From positions 1 to 27,190 of IMG/VR virus record IMGVR_UViG_3300020045_005998: a stretch of DNA of 27,190 nucleotides; one strand, 5' to 3'. This DNA is from a virus (taxonomy: Duplodnaviria; Caudoviricetes). Below the pieces are notes generated by a model, which searched no databases, was not told where the DNA came from, and saw only the letters and a list, made by a program, of their open reading frames with translations. Positions 10,189 to 19,705 of this stretch are shown here, in pieces. How positions within the stretch are numbered: the first letter of the stretch is position 1; every line of letters starts with the position of its first letter. The translations under genes were made by a program, and so were the position numbers.

Positions 10189-11172
10189 TTAGTTCTTCAA
10201 AATGGGGCCGTACATACCAGAGTTAGTTTCAGAGGAAGATGGCGCCCGGAAGGAGGATTGCGCGGAAGAGGATCTGTTCTGGTTAGACATGCCAGAACCT
10301 GACGATCCCGACATCGCGGTACTTCCTGCCTGGAACAGACCGGAGGCCAGAGCTTGACGATCTTGCGACTTCCACGATTCATGCTGGAAGATTCCCCCCA
10401 TACTTATCTTGTTCGCCCCTACGGAAGCGTTGAACGCCGTCATATTGGCGTTTATACCTGCTTGTGTCGTAACCCCTGCAGCATTGAGTACCGCGTTCCC
10501 GGCTGTCCCTGTGGCGTTCATCAGCCCTTCAAACATTATCGAACTGGCGGCCATGTTACCCTCCCACCTTGAACGAGCAGCAGAGTCGAGTAGCTTCTTG
10601 GAGCGAATGTCAGCCCCGTGACGGACGATCATTACATCCATCTCGTGCTGCGTTTTGGCGTCAAGCTGCACCTGTTGCGGGGTATCCTGGTTCATCATAA
10701 CCCCGGAAGCGCCATACCCTACCTGCAGTTGTCCGAACTCCCGAGCGAAGACGTTTTCCATCTGCTCAAGTTCGAGTTCAAACGCCTCCCATTCAAGTCT
10801 TGCTTCTTCTTCGAGGAGGGAAGCATTGTAATCCCCGAGGAAACTTTTCAGGTTGGCGTTGTATGAATCGAGCCGGAACTGGTTCTCAATGTTGAACCCC
10901 GCTGCTCCCATTATCATACTGGCGTTCGCCGCAGCCGCTCCCCGTATCGCCTTGGCGTTTATAAGTCCTGACCGTGCGGTCTGGATAGCATTGTACTGGG
11001 AATAGATGGAATTGAGCCTGTCAGAAGTTCCGTCATCCCCCATGAAATACCCAGCTACCCCGCCAACCAAACCTCCCACAATCGTTCCGTAAGGGCCGAA
11101 ATACGAACCGGCTACAGCACCACTTGCGGCACCTGACGCCATGCTCCCTGTTTGAGATCCTGTCATCGCCAT
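10189..11172 (-). CDS. internal virion protein, T7 gp14 position
   Basis: 327 aa with an N-terminal Gly-zipper (GAASGAVAGSYFGPYGTIVGGLVGG) and 'YGASGV' motif, immediately after tail tubular B. Confidence 0.7.
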   Translation of the reverse strand: MAMTGSQTGSMASGAASGAVAGSYFGPYGTIVGGLVGGVAGYFMGDDGTSDRLNSIYSQYNAIQTARSGLINAKAIRGAAAANASMIMGAAGFNIENQFRLDSYNANLKSFLGDYNASLLEEEARLEWEAFELELEQMENVFAREFGQLQVGYGASGVMMNQDTPQQVQLDAKTQHEMDVMIVRHGADIRSKKLLDSAARSRWEGNMAASSIMFEGLMNATGTAGNAVLNAAGVTTQAGINANMTAFNASVGANKISMGGIFQHESWKSQDRQALASGLFQAGSTAMSGSSGSGMSNQNRSSSAQSSFRAPSSSETNSGMYGPILKN

Positions 11173-11175
11173 AGT

Positions 11176-13194
11176 CTACCCCTTCATTTCCACTTCATCT
11201 ACCAGACAAACTACCGTAAGAGGCAAAGGCTGCTCCTGCCTCACAAAAATATCCGAAACCCGATCATGCCCTGCGGCGAACGGGAACCGGATGAAACCAC
11301 TGAACAGAGGAACCGGGAGGGCAACATCATCCCCTGGTTTTCTGAACGGGATCTCCTCTGTTCCTTTTTCTCCTTCTTCCTGATCGTATCGTCCGAATGT
11401 CAACCCGAGTGAACGATACAACAAGACGCTGAGGTGATCGGTCCTTCTCATTCGAGAGAAAGTAGCACCATCCGTAATATCAAACTCTGGGAACTGTGGA
11501 ACTATCTCTGAGATATACCTGAGACCGCCGACAGCATAAGCTACCTCTATTGGAAGAGTAACTTCTCCCCCTGTCACAACGAGATTCGAGAAGACAAACC
11601 CGTCTCCAAACACATCAATCGTCTTACCTTCGAGGTGGTCAAAGCCGCTCAAGGTATCCGCCGCAGCCCCATCATAGATAAGGTGGCTATCGAGGAAAAG
11701 TGCGTCGTTTACATCGTCGGACTGAAACTCTGGGGCTTTCTTCTCAAGGTAGAACTTCACAACTCCACCTATAGTCCGGGTAACCACCGCCCAGACATCA
11801 TCTTCTCTCGTCCCTGGGATACAGGCTACATCCTTGAACAGGCCATCGGTATCATGTGGGTGCCATCCTACAACATTGTGCTCCCTCTTGAAGGTGAGAC
11901 CGAGGAGTTTCCCGTCGTCCCGCACCGCCCAAACTATGCTGTTCGGGGTCTGCTGATAGTCCCAGGAAACTATTGTTCCCGCATCTGTTAAGTGGGGGGC
12001 AAGTACTGTAAGGTCAACCGTGGTATAACTGTCAGAATTGAAGTCATAGATGAGCTGATTCACGGTCCGGCCAAGACGCTGAAGAAAGAGGACTACCGGG
12101 CCGATCATAAGCGGCTGCAGGTCCTCCCCTCCGTGGTTAGTGTGCCTACCGGCCTTGACAGATTGAAACGACAAAGGCTCACTCCCCGCTCCACTCATGG
12201 CCCACTCATCTCCAAGCGTTCCGATCGCAAGTTCCCTTGCGGAAATTATCCACTGGAACTTGTTCTGGAGGCCAGAATCAAGAGTGAATGTCATGCCGTC
12301 AGAAGCAACGACCGGACTCGACAAAGAGAAATCGTAGTAATCTCCAGACTTCGAGAACCATATTGTTTGCGGCCTTGAGGTGTTTGACGCATAGAACAGC
12401 CTTTGCTCATAGAACCCAACAAAGCGAGGATAGCCGAAAGCTGCGCTCCACTCCTGCGCGTACCACTGCGCCGTCGGATCAGCTACATCATCGCCAACGA
12501 GATCCGTCAGAACCGTTCCATCTACATGTGTCTCATCTGTGTAATCAGTGATCTCCACGATCCCTGCATAAATTTTTATCTTCTGGCCGACGTAATCCGC
12601 AGTAAAAAGATCGGCAGAAGCCGTAAGAGTTATGTCTCCTGTCGCCGCAGACGCGGTGAGGGTGATGTCGGTTTTGTTAATCCGGAAAGGAGGAGTCGTA
12701 ACAGCCACCTCGCTTGCGTCCCATTCGTCATGTGCCAAACGCCGGAACTCTATAGGCATCCGAGTTGGCTGGGTTATAAAAACAACATCTGCCGACTGGG
12801 CGTAGTGGAAATTTTCTATGTCGAGAGTTCCGGTGAACTCAAAGACGTAAGGTTGAGTGTTGTCGTCTGGGTCGAGGACAAGACCGTTACCTGTCCCGAA
12901 AACCACCCTCGTCCGTTTCGTATCCTTGTGCTTGAAGAACACCAAGACGTAAGCGTTCTCCTCATCAAAGATGAAAGGAACGAGTCTCGGATTTACGGAA
13001 GGGTCAATCAGCAAAGAGGAGAGGTCGTATATAAAGCGAAATCCAGAGCGGCGAACTGCCGGACCCTGGACAAGAACATGCATGTTTCTGAGGCTTTTAC
13101 AACCGTTTTTATAGCGGTCGTTGTCTACCCTGGCGTCCATCAACGGGCTTAACTCGCCGCTAGTGAAGTTCGATTTAAGCCGTTTTACACTCAT
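11176..13194 (-). CDS. tail tubular protein B / nozzle (Bbp13 / T7 gp12-like)
   Basis: Motifs NFTSGELSP, GPAVRRSG, YAQSADV, GYPRFVGFYEQRLFYA, WFSKSGDYYDF and VVGWHPHDTDG are typical of this family. Confidence 0.9.
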   Translation of the reverse strand: MSVKRLKSNFTSGELSPLMDARVDNDRYKNGCKSLRNMHVLVQGPAVRRSGFRFIYDLSSLLIDPSVNPRLVPFIFDEENAYVLVFFKHKDTKRTRVVFGTGNGLVLDPDDNTQPYVFEFTGTLDIENFHYAQSADVVFITQPTRMPIEFRRLAHDEWDASEVAVTTPPFRINKTDITLTASAATGDITLTASADLFTADYVGQKIKIYAGIVEITDYTDETHVDGTVLTDLVGDDVADPTAQWYAQEWSAAFGYPRFVGFYEQRLFYASNTSRPQTIWFSKSGDYYDFSLSSPVVASDGMTFTLDSGLQNKFQWIISARELAIGTLGDEWAMSGAGSEPLSFQSVKAGRHTNHGGEDLQPLMIGPVVLFLQRLGRTVNQLIYDFNSDSYTTVDLTVLAPHLTDAGTIVSWDYQQTPNSIVWAVRDDGKLLGLTFKREHNVVGWHPHDTDGLFKDVACIPGTREDDVWAVVTRTIGGVVKFYLEKKAPEFQSDDVNDALFLDSHLIYDGAAADTLSGFDHLEGKTIDVFGDGFVFSNLVVTGGEVTLPIEVAYAVGGLRYISEIVPQFPEFDITDGATFSRMRRTDHLSVLLYRSLGLTFGRYDQEEGEKGTEEIPFRKPGDDVALPVPLFSGFIRFPFAAGHDRVSDIFVRQEQPLPLTVVCLVDEVEMKG

Positions 13195-13203
13195 CGCGTC
13201 CCT

Positions 13204-13803
13204 TTAATCTTCAGGAGGAGTTACAAAGCTATCATATTCAGGGTCCTCATCAGGCAAACGCCACTCATCCCCCCTATTCGCGTCCTCAGCACTGTTCTCA
13301 AGCATGAGAACTCGGAGTTCCCCCCGGAGTTCTCCTACAAGTTTGCGGTCCTGCGTAAGAGGTATGCACATCCTCACCGCCATATCAAGTGCGAGGATGT
13401 CCGTGAATGAAGGGGAGAACAACGAAGTATCCGTACAGCGGAAAGTGTACTGCAAGTACAGGTCATATCCTAGAGGTTCACTTGCCTCGGTGCCGGGGAA
13501 CACCACCCGGCCACCTTCGATCTTGTAGTTCCTCCGAGCAAGCAACCTCGGAAGTATGTTAAGAGGAGTGAGACAGTCAGGAGGAAGTGCAAATACCGCA
13601 CCTTCGTAGTAGTCCTCGGAGAGTTGCTGGAGCTTCATCGTCTTCCTGGCGAAGGACCAATCCATCCTGGTGAGGTTCGAGTCACGAACAACCGGGTACA
13701 AAGTGTTACACAACCCCGCCCGACGATTCGATTCATCAAGGGAACGAATAGCCTCTTCCCCAAGGTACGCAAGAGCTACGTTACAGATGCTGACTTCCGA
13801 CAT
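13204..13803 (-). CDS. tail tubular protein A / adaptor (T7 gp11-like)
   Basis: Motifs SEVSICNVALAYLG, WSFARK and FALPPDCL; located just before tubular B. Confidence 0.88.
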   Translation of the reverse strand: MSEVSICNVALAYLGEEAIRSLDESNRRAGLCNTLYPVVRDSNLTRMDWSFARKTMKLQQLSEDYYEGAVFALPPDCLTPLNILPRLLARRNYKIEGGRVVFPGTEASEPLGYDLYLQYTFRCTDTSLFSPSFTDILALDMAVRMCIPLTQDRKLVGELRGELRVLMLENSAEDANRGDEWRLPDEDPEYDSFVTPPED

Positions 13804-13812
13804 TGGCTACTC

Positions 13813-14007
13813 CTACAGTTCCTCGTCTTTTACCCGGCCTCTTGTTTTCTTCGGTGGAGGAGCGGGACGGTCGGCGCACTCAAAGTTCGCCGGGATTCTG
13901 TCTCCCTCGTTCAACTCTACATCATGCACCTGTCCTGGTTCAACCCATAAAGGCCTTTCCCTACCAACTATTTTTGCCGTTCCGGCAATTATACATCGAC
14001 AAAGCAT
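13813..14007 (-). CDS. small hypothetical protein (64 aa)
   Basis: Start moved to ATG 14007 (MLCRCIIAG...), which has GGAG 6 nt upstream. The track's longer start runs through a hairpin. Confidence 0.6.
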   Translation of the reverse strand: MLCRCIIAGTAKIVGRERPLWVEPGQVHDVELNEGDRIPANFECADRPAPPPKKTRGRVKDEEL

Positions 14008-14019
14008 ATCGTCTCCAAG

Positions 14020-14047
14020 ATCCGGGAGGATTTTACCCCTCCCGGAT
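14020..14047. terminator. GC-rich hairpin after the capsid/cement genes (attenuator or terminator)
   Basis: ATCCGGGAGG-attttacc-CCTCCCGGAT is a perfect 10-bp stem. The position is analogous to T7 T-phi. The U-tract is poor on the coding strand (CUU) and TTT follows on the plus strand. Confidence 0.6.
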
Positions 14048-14058
14048 TTTATCAAAGG

Positions 14059-14409
14059 TTATCGAGCGGTCTGAACTCCGTCAGCAATACCGCAGTCCCA
14101 GGTGCCGCCAGTGGTGGCCCCCGTAAGAGAGATCGTCACGTACCGCTGAATGTTGTCCGGGAGATAAAACTCAATCGGACCTGCATTAAGAGCGGCGGCG
14201 GCGATAACCCAAGTCATACGGGTGGTTGCCGGGGAAGAGGTGGTGCCGTCCACAATGACAACGGCGGATACCGCAGTCAAACCGTGACCGGCGATGAAAC
14301 ACTTGATCGGGGTGCCAATACCCTTGCGAGTAGCCCCGAGGTCAACAACTTCTGCCGTGCCGTTATAAGCGAGGGCAGAAGCAAAAACTCCAGCATTATC
14401 TTTAAGCAT
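14059..14409 (-). CDS. capsid cement/decoration protein (Bbp16-like)
   Basis: 116 aa directly after the MCP, with motifs 'VVDLG', 'AAALNAG' and 'LPDNIQRYVTISLT'. Confidence 0.75.
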   Translation of the reverse strand: MLKDNAGVFASALAYNGTAEVVDLGATRKGIGTPIKCFIAGHGLTAVSAVVIVDGTTSSPATTRMTWVIAAAALNAGPIEFYLPDNIQRYVTISLTGATTGGTWDCGIADGVQTAR

Positions 14410-14422
14410 TTTTCAGTTCTCC

Positions 14423-15448
14423 TTAAGTGGTGTAAACCGCTTCAGCGAGGGTGATGGAATCGCTCTGGCGAATCGGGATTCCGTTGAGGCTGAGAATATT
14501 CTTCTCGCCATAAACCTCTCCAACCTGCAGTGCGAGATTGGTCTTGACGTAGGCCAACTTGGTCAAGAAGGACTTCACCTTGCGGTTTGCGTAGAAGCAA
14601 GGCTTGCAGTCATCCAGACTCGGGATGGCGTGGGTCATATCAATGAGGTTATTTAGCAACAGAAGAATTGCAGCATCGTTGACAGTCGCAGCTACATCGA
14701 TATTACAGAGACGGGCTACATAGCGCCAATCCTCAACAGCGAGACCATGCTGCATACGGAAATGCTCGGCATACCCTCGGAAGACCCCGCCGTCGGCGTC
14801 GTAAAGGTCGATGACGCCCAGGTCTTCCTGCTCAATTCCCATCGGGGAACCCTGCGGGTAGATACCATAAACCTTGCCCTCTCCCCAACCTACGAGGAAG
14901 ATAGAGGACATGGAACCACCAGTGCTACCACCGTTGCTGTAAACCTGAGACATGCCCATGTTGTTGGCGCCGAAGGTGTCAGCCTTAACACCGAGCTTAT
15001 CATACCGGGGATCGAAACCGTGGAACCGATCCGGGTAAGTAGCCGTGTCGCCATAGAAGAAAGTCGTCGCATCCTGATACGCCATACCTCGGATAACCCG
15101 GTCAGCTTTCTGCTTACGGAAGCGAGCGATGTCTTTCGACATACGAGCGAGAACAAGGTCACACTCCGCACGATTCTCAAGCAGACCAATGGTCTCATCG
15201 ACCTGCAGGGTGCCCGAATCGGTTGCTTTGATACCTTTGTTCAGAGTACGCCAAGTACCAGAGGGCATACCATCTTCCACAGTGATCCGGTGATAAGTGG
15301 GGCCGTTCGCTTCAAAGTAGGGAATGTCGTTGAGGATCTCCTCAGTTCGAGAGTACACCGCGCCAATATCTGCGAGTGCGCCGTCAGGGTCCATCTGCTT
15401 AGTAAGATTAAGCAGGGAGGGCCAGGTTCCAGTAGGATCGTAAGCCAT
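14423..15448 (-). CDS. major capsid protein (Bbp17-like, HK97 fold)
   Basis: 341 aa with EILNDIPYFEAN, PSGTWRTLNKG, FFYGD..YPDRFHGF, SSIFLVGWG, GLAVEDWRYVARLCNID and GIPIRQSDSI. Confidence 0.92.
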   Translation of the reverse strand: MAYDPTGTWPSLLNLTKQMDPDGALADIGAVYSRTEEILNDIPYFEANGPTYHRITVEDGMPSGTWRTLNKGIKATDSGTLQVDETIGLLENRAECDLVLARMSKDIARFRKQKADRVIRGMAYQDATTFFYGDTATYPDRFHGFDPRYDKLGVKADTFGANNMGMSQVYSNGGSTGGSMSSIFLVGWGEGKVYGIYPQGSPMGIEQEDLGVIDLYDADGGVFRGYAEHFRMQHGLAVEDWRYVARLCNIDVAATVNDAAILLLLNNLIDMTHAIPSLDDCKPCFYANRKVKSFLTKLAYVKTNLALQVGEVYGEKNILSLNGIPIRQSDSITLAEAVYTT

Positions 15449-15454
15449 TTTAAT

Positions 15455-16135
15455 TTACTCCTCAGAGTCAGTTTTGAACATTGTTGGGTAGCGAGCTTTC
15501 AGAGGATCGCCTTTGCCTTTTGCAGAGACATTGGGATTCTTCAAGAACCCGCCTTCCTGTAAGAAACTACCAAATTCGTGCAAGGCCTGAATAACCACGG
15601 GGTTTGCACCTTCCCCCGAGGTCTTTATAAACTGGGCAAGTTTCTGTCCAGAGGGAATAGCCAAAAGCGCGTTCTCAGCAATCTTGAGATTCTCCGCTTT
15701 CTTCTCTCCCCAGGAATCAAACAAAGTCTGACGACCTTGGGCATAGACGTTGGTTCGCACCGTGTTGCTGTATTGGGCCATCTGGTCATTCAAGGCCAAC
15801 ATAGCGTCCAACTGCTTTTGGGTGAGACCTGTGTCTTTCGCCCACTTGCCTACTTGTTCAGGCACTCCTTCAGGGACTTGGTAAGTTTCGGGAAGCTCCT
15901 GCGCGAGTTTGGCTTCTGCGTAAAGCCGAGCGAGCGCCTCTGGCGACCCAATATCCTTAAGCCGTTCGTGTCCTCTAAGGTCTTCGGGGAGCCATTCTGT
16001 GGGTTCCGCAACCCTTGTCTCCTCTGTAGCCTGTTCTTCTAACGGGTCGGCTACCTCAGTAACCTCTCCCGGTTCGACCGCTAAAACCCCCTCTGGTACA
16101 ACGGGAGTGGTTGTTTCAGTCTGTGTCCCTTCCAT
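15455..16135 (-). CDS. capsid scaffolding/assembly protein
   Basis: Acidic N-terminus, WLPEDLR, GLTQKQ, WGEK, GANPVVIQALHEFG and C-terminal YPTM; immediately upstream of the MCP. Confidence 0.8.
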   Translation of the reverse strand: MEGTQTETTTPVVPEGVLAVEPGEVTEVADPLEEQATEETRVAEPTEWLPEDLRGHERLKDIGSPEALARLYAEAKLAQELPETYQVPEGVPEQVGKWAKDTGLTQKQLDAMLALNDQMAQYSNTVRTNVYAQGRQTLFDSWGEKKAENLKIAENALLAIPSGQKLAQFIKTSGEGANPVVIQALHEFGSFLQEGGFLKNPNVSAKGKGDPLKARYPTMFKTDSEE

Positions 16136-16421
16136 AATCAGTCATCCTCAATTGCAATTTTGCGTACATGGCTGGGTCAGCATCGTGCATCAAACCAATG
16201 ATCCTTAACCCTACCTCCTTTAATCCCTGATTGAAGTACGCCAGTTCGCCGTTTACAAACCCTCCATCATATATACCACACTGTGAGAGGATATGCCACA
16301 AGACGTTTTTCCCGGCCTCTGTGTCAATTACTCGTACCAGATCGTTAAGTAGATCCTGATACTGTTTCTTCTCCAGAGCCTCGTCGTAAGCGGCTACTTC
16401 TTCATAATCATTGTAAGCCAC
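16116..16421 (-). CDS. Bbp19-like protein
   Basis: Motif TEAGKNVLWHILSQCGIY...YFNQGLKEVGLRI. Start reassigned to GTG 16421 behind GGAGGT, overlapping the portal end. Confidence 0.75.
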   Translation of the reverse strand: MAYNDYEEVAAYDEALEKKQYQDLLNDLVRVIDTEAGKNVLWHILSQCGIYDGGFVNGELAYFNQGLKEVGLRIIGLMHDADPAMYAKLQLRMTDYGRDTD

Positions 16422-18135
16422 CGGCACCTCCAAGGATGTCTGCCATATTAACTCCGGCCTCACTCAGGGTCTTGGCGGTGTTGGCTCTTGACTCCATACC
16501 CTGCTGCTGCATACCCTGGTTCATCATCGCCTCTTCCTTCATCCGTTGCTGCTGTTGCGCCTGGGCGCGGCCCTGACGGATCTGCTTGACCTCTTCCGGA
16601 TCACGAAGGATCGGAGAAGGTACGCCGGTGATGTCAGCAAATTCGGTGATGGTGTTATCAACGTTGATGTTGTCAAGCGCTGTAGGATCGACGGAGGCAA
16701 CGCCTCCGACGAACGAGACGAAATCCTGTATCGGTCGAACGCCAATTGCCTTTTGGGCCTGGGCGAGGACCGACACCAGTTTAATATCATACCCGGCCTG
16801 GTCAAGGAGCATCTGTGACTGCGGGTCGAGTTCTGCGAACAACCCCTTCCTCAGCATGATATTGAAACACCTTTCGAGGAGCGGCTGGAGGAACTCATAG
16901 TGCAGCCGTTCGATGACCGGCCCGAGCCTGAGCATCTTCTCTTGTTCCTTAACATTGACCTCTGCGGCCTTCATCGGTGAAGCGTTCGGATCACGCGAAG
17001 CGGTTAAGAAAATATCATTGAAAAAAGCGACCTGGATACGATGCACAACGCGATCAACAAAGGCAAGCACCCCCGGATAGTCAAATCGGGTGTCATACAG
17101 CGTCGAAACCTTTTCATTCATCGTGTTGCGTGAGTAATTCAAACCTCCAGGAAGAGTCTTGATTTTGGACTTCAGATGAGCCGGAACAAAAAGTGGGGGA
17201 TTGACCGACTTGTGAACCGCCATCGAGGCCGCTTTTTCCATCTCCTGCAAACGCATGACATCAGGGAGCGCCTCGGCGCCCGGCCCGATTCCATAAACGT
17301 CTGAACCAATTATGTCAAACCGGCCTGTCGGGTACGGGAACTCATAGAACCCCTTCTTCTCTAACAGGCATCCTGTCTCACTTTCCTCTTTTGAGAGTCT
17401 GAGATCCTTACTGTTCTTCGATCCGTAACCGATCAGGTACAGGCATTTCGTGAAGGGCTTGTTCTGGTACTTGACCGGGGTGGTAGCTTCAAGGCAGGTG
17501 AACCATTCGTTCAGCCAGTTCTTGTCCTTCTTTGTCTGGAACGATTCTGGGAGTTTCTCCTCATAATCGTCCATGAGCATTTGGCCTGTTCGAAAAATAA
17601 CCCGATAAAAACGATTAACCCTACCCTGGCTGTCGAGACCAATGCAATACTCTCCGAAAGTAAGGAGTTCAAAACGGAACGGGTCTCCATCCTCTCCAAC
17701 GTATAGAGGCGCGGTGCCGAACCCACAATACTCCGTATAGAAGGAGTGTATGGCGGAATAGAAGTTCGAAGCCGAAAGGGCGGCGTAGAGGCGTTTCTCG
17801 GAGTCATACATCCACCTCGATATTACTGGGTGCTGGTTTAACTGCGGATTGTTGAGCGCCAACTTGAACCATGGTCGTGCCGGAGAGGTGAGTCCCCCTT
17901 GCAGACCAGATGTGAGAACCCGCATAGCGTCTTTGGCTGCGGGATTTACGACTTTCGGAGAGGTTAATTTACGCTTGGTAGGACGATTGAGGTCATTGAA
18001 CACCCCCCGCCCTGGAAGTATGAACGAAGAAATCTTCCTTGCCTCGGTTTCCCATTCCGTACGTTCTTCGAGGAGGGCATTGTACTCCGTCATGTAATCT
18101 TTCAGAACCCACTCATCCCTTCCTTTCTTTGCCAT
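16408..18135 (-). CDS. portal (head-to-tail connector; Bbp21 / T7 gp8-like)
   Basis: Motifs LQGGLTSPARPWF, SNFY, FGTA, YGIGPGAEALPD, AAEVNVKEQEKMLRLGPVIERL and SVLAQAQK. The probable start is ATG 18135 (MAKK), next to the upstream stop. Confidence 0.93.
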   Translation of the reverse strand: MAKKGRDEWVLKDYMTEYNALLEERTEWETEARKISSFILPGRGVFNDLNRPTKRKLTSPKVVNPAAKDAMRVLTSGLQGGLTSPARPWFKLALNNPQLNQHPVISRWMYDSEKRLYAALSASNFYSAIHSFYTEYCGFGTAPLYVGEDGDPFRFELLTFGEYCIGLDSQGRVNRFYRVIFRTGQMLMDDYEEKLPESFQTKKDKNWLNEWFTCLEATTPVKYQNKPFTKCLYLIGYGSKNSKDLRLSKEESETGCLLEKKGFYEFPYPTGRFDIIGSDVYGIGPGAEALPDVMRLQEMEKAASMAVHKSVNPPLFVPAHLKSKIKTLPGGLNYSRNTMNEKVSTLYDTRFDYPGVLAFVDRVVHRIQVAFFNDIFLTASRDPNASPMKAAEVNVKEQEKMLRLGPVIERLHYEFLQPLLERCFNIMLRKGLFAELDPQSQMLLDQAGYDIKLVSVLAQAQKAIGVRPIQDFVSFVGGVASVDPTALDNINVDNTITEFADITGVPSPILRDPEEVKQIRQGRAQAQQQQRMKEEAMMNQGMQQQGMESRANTAKTLSEAGVNMADILGGAGGLQ

Positions 18136-18136
18136 C

Positions 18137-18478
18137 TTATGATCCTGTGAGTACCGACTCTGTGGTTTTAACCTTCTCATCCGTCAACGGGGAGGTGAGG
18201 ATCGTGCTTTCTCGTCCTCTCCTAGCTGCATTATCTGCAGTAACACTTGAAGCGATCTTCTCTCTCAAGGAGTCGGCTCTGGCCTTCCAGTCTGGTTCCG
18301 CTTGAACTTTGGGGGCAGCAGCTTGCATACTTGTCATAGCTGTCATAGCTTGAGCGTTCAAAGCGGCGTTCATTGCTGCCATTTGGTTCATGGCGTTATA
18401 CATGGCGGAATAATCCTGGACAGGTTCAGCTTCTATCTTCTGCTCTTTATTCGATGAGCTACCTTTCATGTCTCCCAT
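18137..18478 (-). CDS. small pre-portal virion protein (T7 gp7.3-like position)
   Basis: Start at ATG 18478 with AAGGAGG RBS. The 'ARRGRESTILTS' motif is typical of small genes preceding podovirus portals. Confidence 0.65.
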   Translation of the reverse strand: MGDMKGSSSNKEQKIEAEPVQDYSAMYNAMNQMAAMNAALNAQAMTAMTSMQAAAPKVQAEPDWKARADSLREKIASSVTADNAARRGRESTILTSPLTDEKVKTTESVLTGS

Positions 18479-18488
18479 GCTGTCCTCC

Positions 18489-19163
18489 TTAACCGAGAAC
18501 CGCCGCAGAACCAAGAGGGTCTTCCGCTTCGTTTACTTTAGCACCTTTGGTCTTCACTTTACCTCCGGCCTTCTTGCTCTCTGTCTTTTCGTCCTTTGTA
18601 GTCTCAGGAGTTCCCCGTTTCACTGGGAGATCCCATGTATACCCGTTGTCCCCCCACTGGCTCGTAAGTGAAGTGAGAGTCGAATCATCCCCTTCTCCCC
18701 AGTAGTTGGCAAATAGATTATTTATCCGAGCTTGCTTAGTGGCGTCGTCAATTGAGTAGTCAAGACCCACGACCTGGGCGTGGCCCATCTCGTCAGCCAC
18801 TTGCTGATTTATCTCTGCCGTAGCCTTCTCGGCTGCGTCGAATTTTCTGGAGTAGAGATCGGAAATCTGAGAGAGTGCCGCTTGTCGTCGGGCTTCTTCT
18901 TGCTGTGCGGCCATTACTGCGGCGTAATCAGTTTGCTGGTACATCGAACTGAAGTCCGGCATCTCAAACGACATACCCTCGCCTTGACTCTCGTAAGCTG
19001 CCCGTGCAGCTTGCCAACCTTTTATAGCGCCCTGATTGAGGTTGGAGTTCGAGGGACCGAGCTTTTGCATGTACTGTTCATCGGTCATATTTGGGTCAAA
19101 AGAGTTGTATCCGGTGTTATACCCCTGCGTTTGCCTATCGTAAGAACTTTGCTGTTGTCCCAT
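18489..19163 (-). CDS. hypothetical protein (224 aa, Gln/Ala-rich), probably virion-associated
   Basis: Co-oriented ORF in the late operon. Its start lies within the 3' end of the upstream GNAT-like ORF. Confidence 0.65.
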   Translation of the reverse strand: MGQQQSSYDRQTQGYNTGYNSFDPNMTDEQYMQKLGPSNSNLNQGAIKGWQAARAAYESQGEGMSFEMPDFSSMYQQTDYAAVMAAQQEEARRQAALSQISDLYSRKFDAAEKATAEINQQVADEMGHAQVVGLDYSIDDATKQARINNLFANYWGEGDDSTLTSLTSQWGDNGYTWDLPVKRGTPETTKDEKTESKKAGGKVKTKGAKVNEAEDPLGSAAVLG

Positions 19164-19705
19164 TCCTTCATGTCCTCTCGATGTAATTGAACAAGTACCC
19201 CGTCTACTACCTTATTATCCCTATACGCCAAAATAAAAGAATCTGTCAAGGTACATTTAACACTAAAGCCAATCTTTTTCAAGAAATTAATTGACAATCG
19301 GTTCGTGATCGGACTCAGGCCGCAGATCGTTGTCAACTTTTCTCCTAGAGGGGGCATTTTAAATTCGAAAATTTGCTGTAAGGCTTCTCGAGTCATTACC
19401 AAGTCTTTTCCTCCGTGGTAAAGAGGGTGAACCGAGTAGTGCATCATGGCCGACCTCCCGTTGAAGAAGTAGAGGGAGCACTCTCCGGCCACTCTCATAT
19501 CTTCCGTGTCCCAGACAGCGATATTGCAGTATGATGGGTCGTAAAGCGAGGTTATCACAGTCTGAATAGAGGCGTTTTTGGCTCCAGGGAATCGGTACTT
19601 TAGAAGTCCCGCAGTTATTAAGTCCTGCCAGTATTGGTAAACAACGGCGTACTCGAAGAGACCCTTCTTGTTGTCCAGTATGACCGGCACATATCGGAAG
19701 TCCAT
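19085..19705 (-). CDS. GNAT-fold acetyltransferase-like protein (RimJ/RimL-like)
   Basis: Motifs 'AMMHYSVHPLYHG' and 'NRLSINFLKKIGF' (N-x-x-S-x-x-x-x-x-K-x-G-F). RBS AAAGGAG. Confidence 0.7.
   Translation of the reverse strand: MDFRYVPVILDNKKGLFEYAVVYQYWQDLITAGLLKYRFPGAKNASIQTVITSLYDPSYCNIAVWDTEDMRVAGECSLYFFNGRSAMMHYSVHPLYHGGKDLVMTREALQQIFEFKMPPLGEKLTTICGLSPITNRLSINFLKKIGFSVKCTLTDSFILAYRDNKVVDGVLVQLHREDMKEWDNSKVLTIGKRRGITPDTTLLTQI

Noticed and set aside
13803-14126. Alternative-frame 107-aa ORF and extended starts of the 13813, 16116, 16408 and 18137 ORFs
   Set aside because: Downstream starts have clear SD sequences or stop-start coupling, and the extensions overlap other genes or a hairpin.
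11635-16042. Plus-strand ORFs of 118-271 aa opposite the tail and capsid genes
   Set aside because: Antisense to well-supported structural genes and explained by codon bias.
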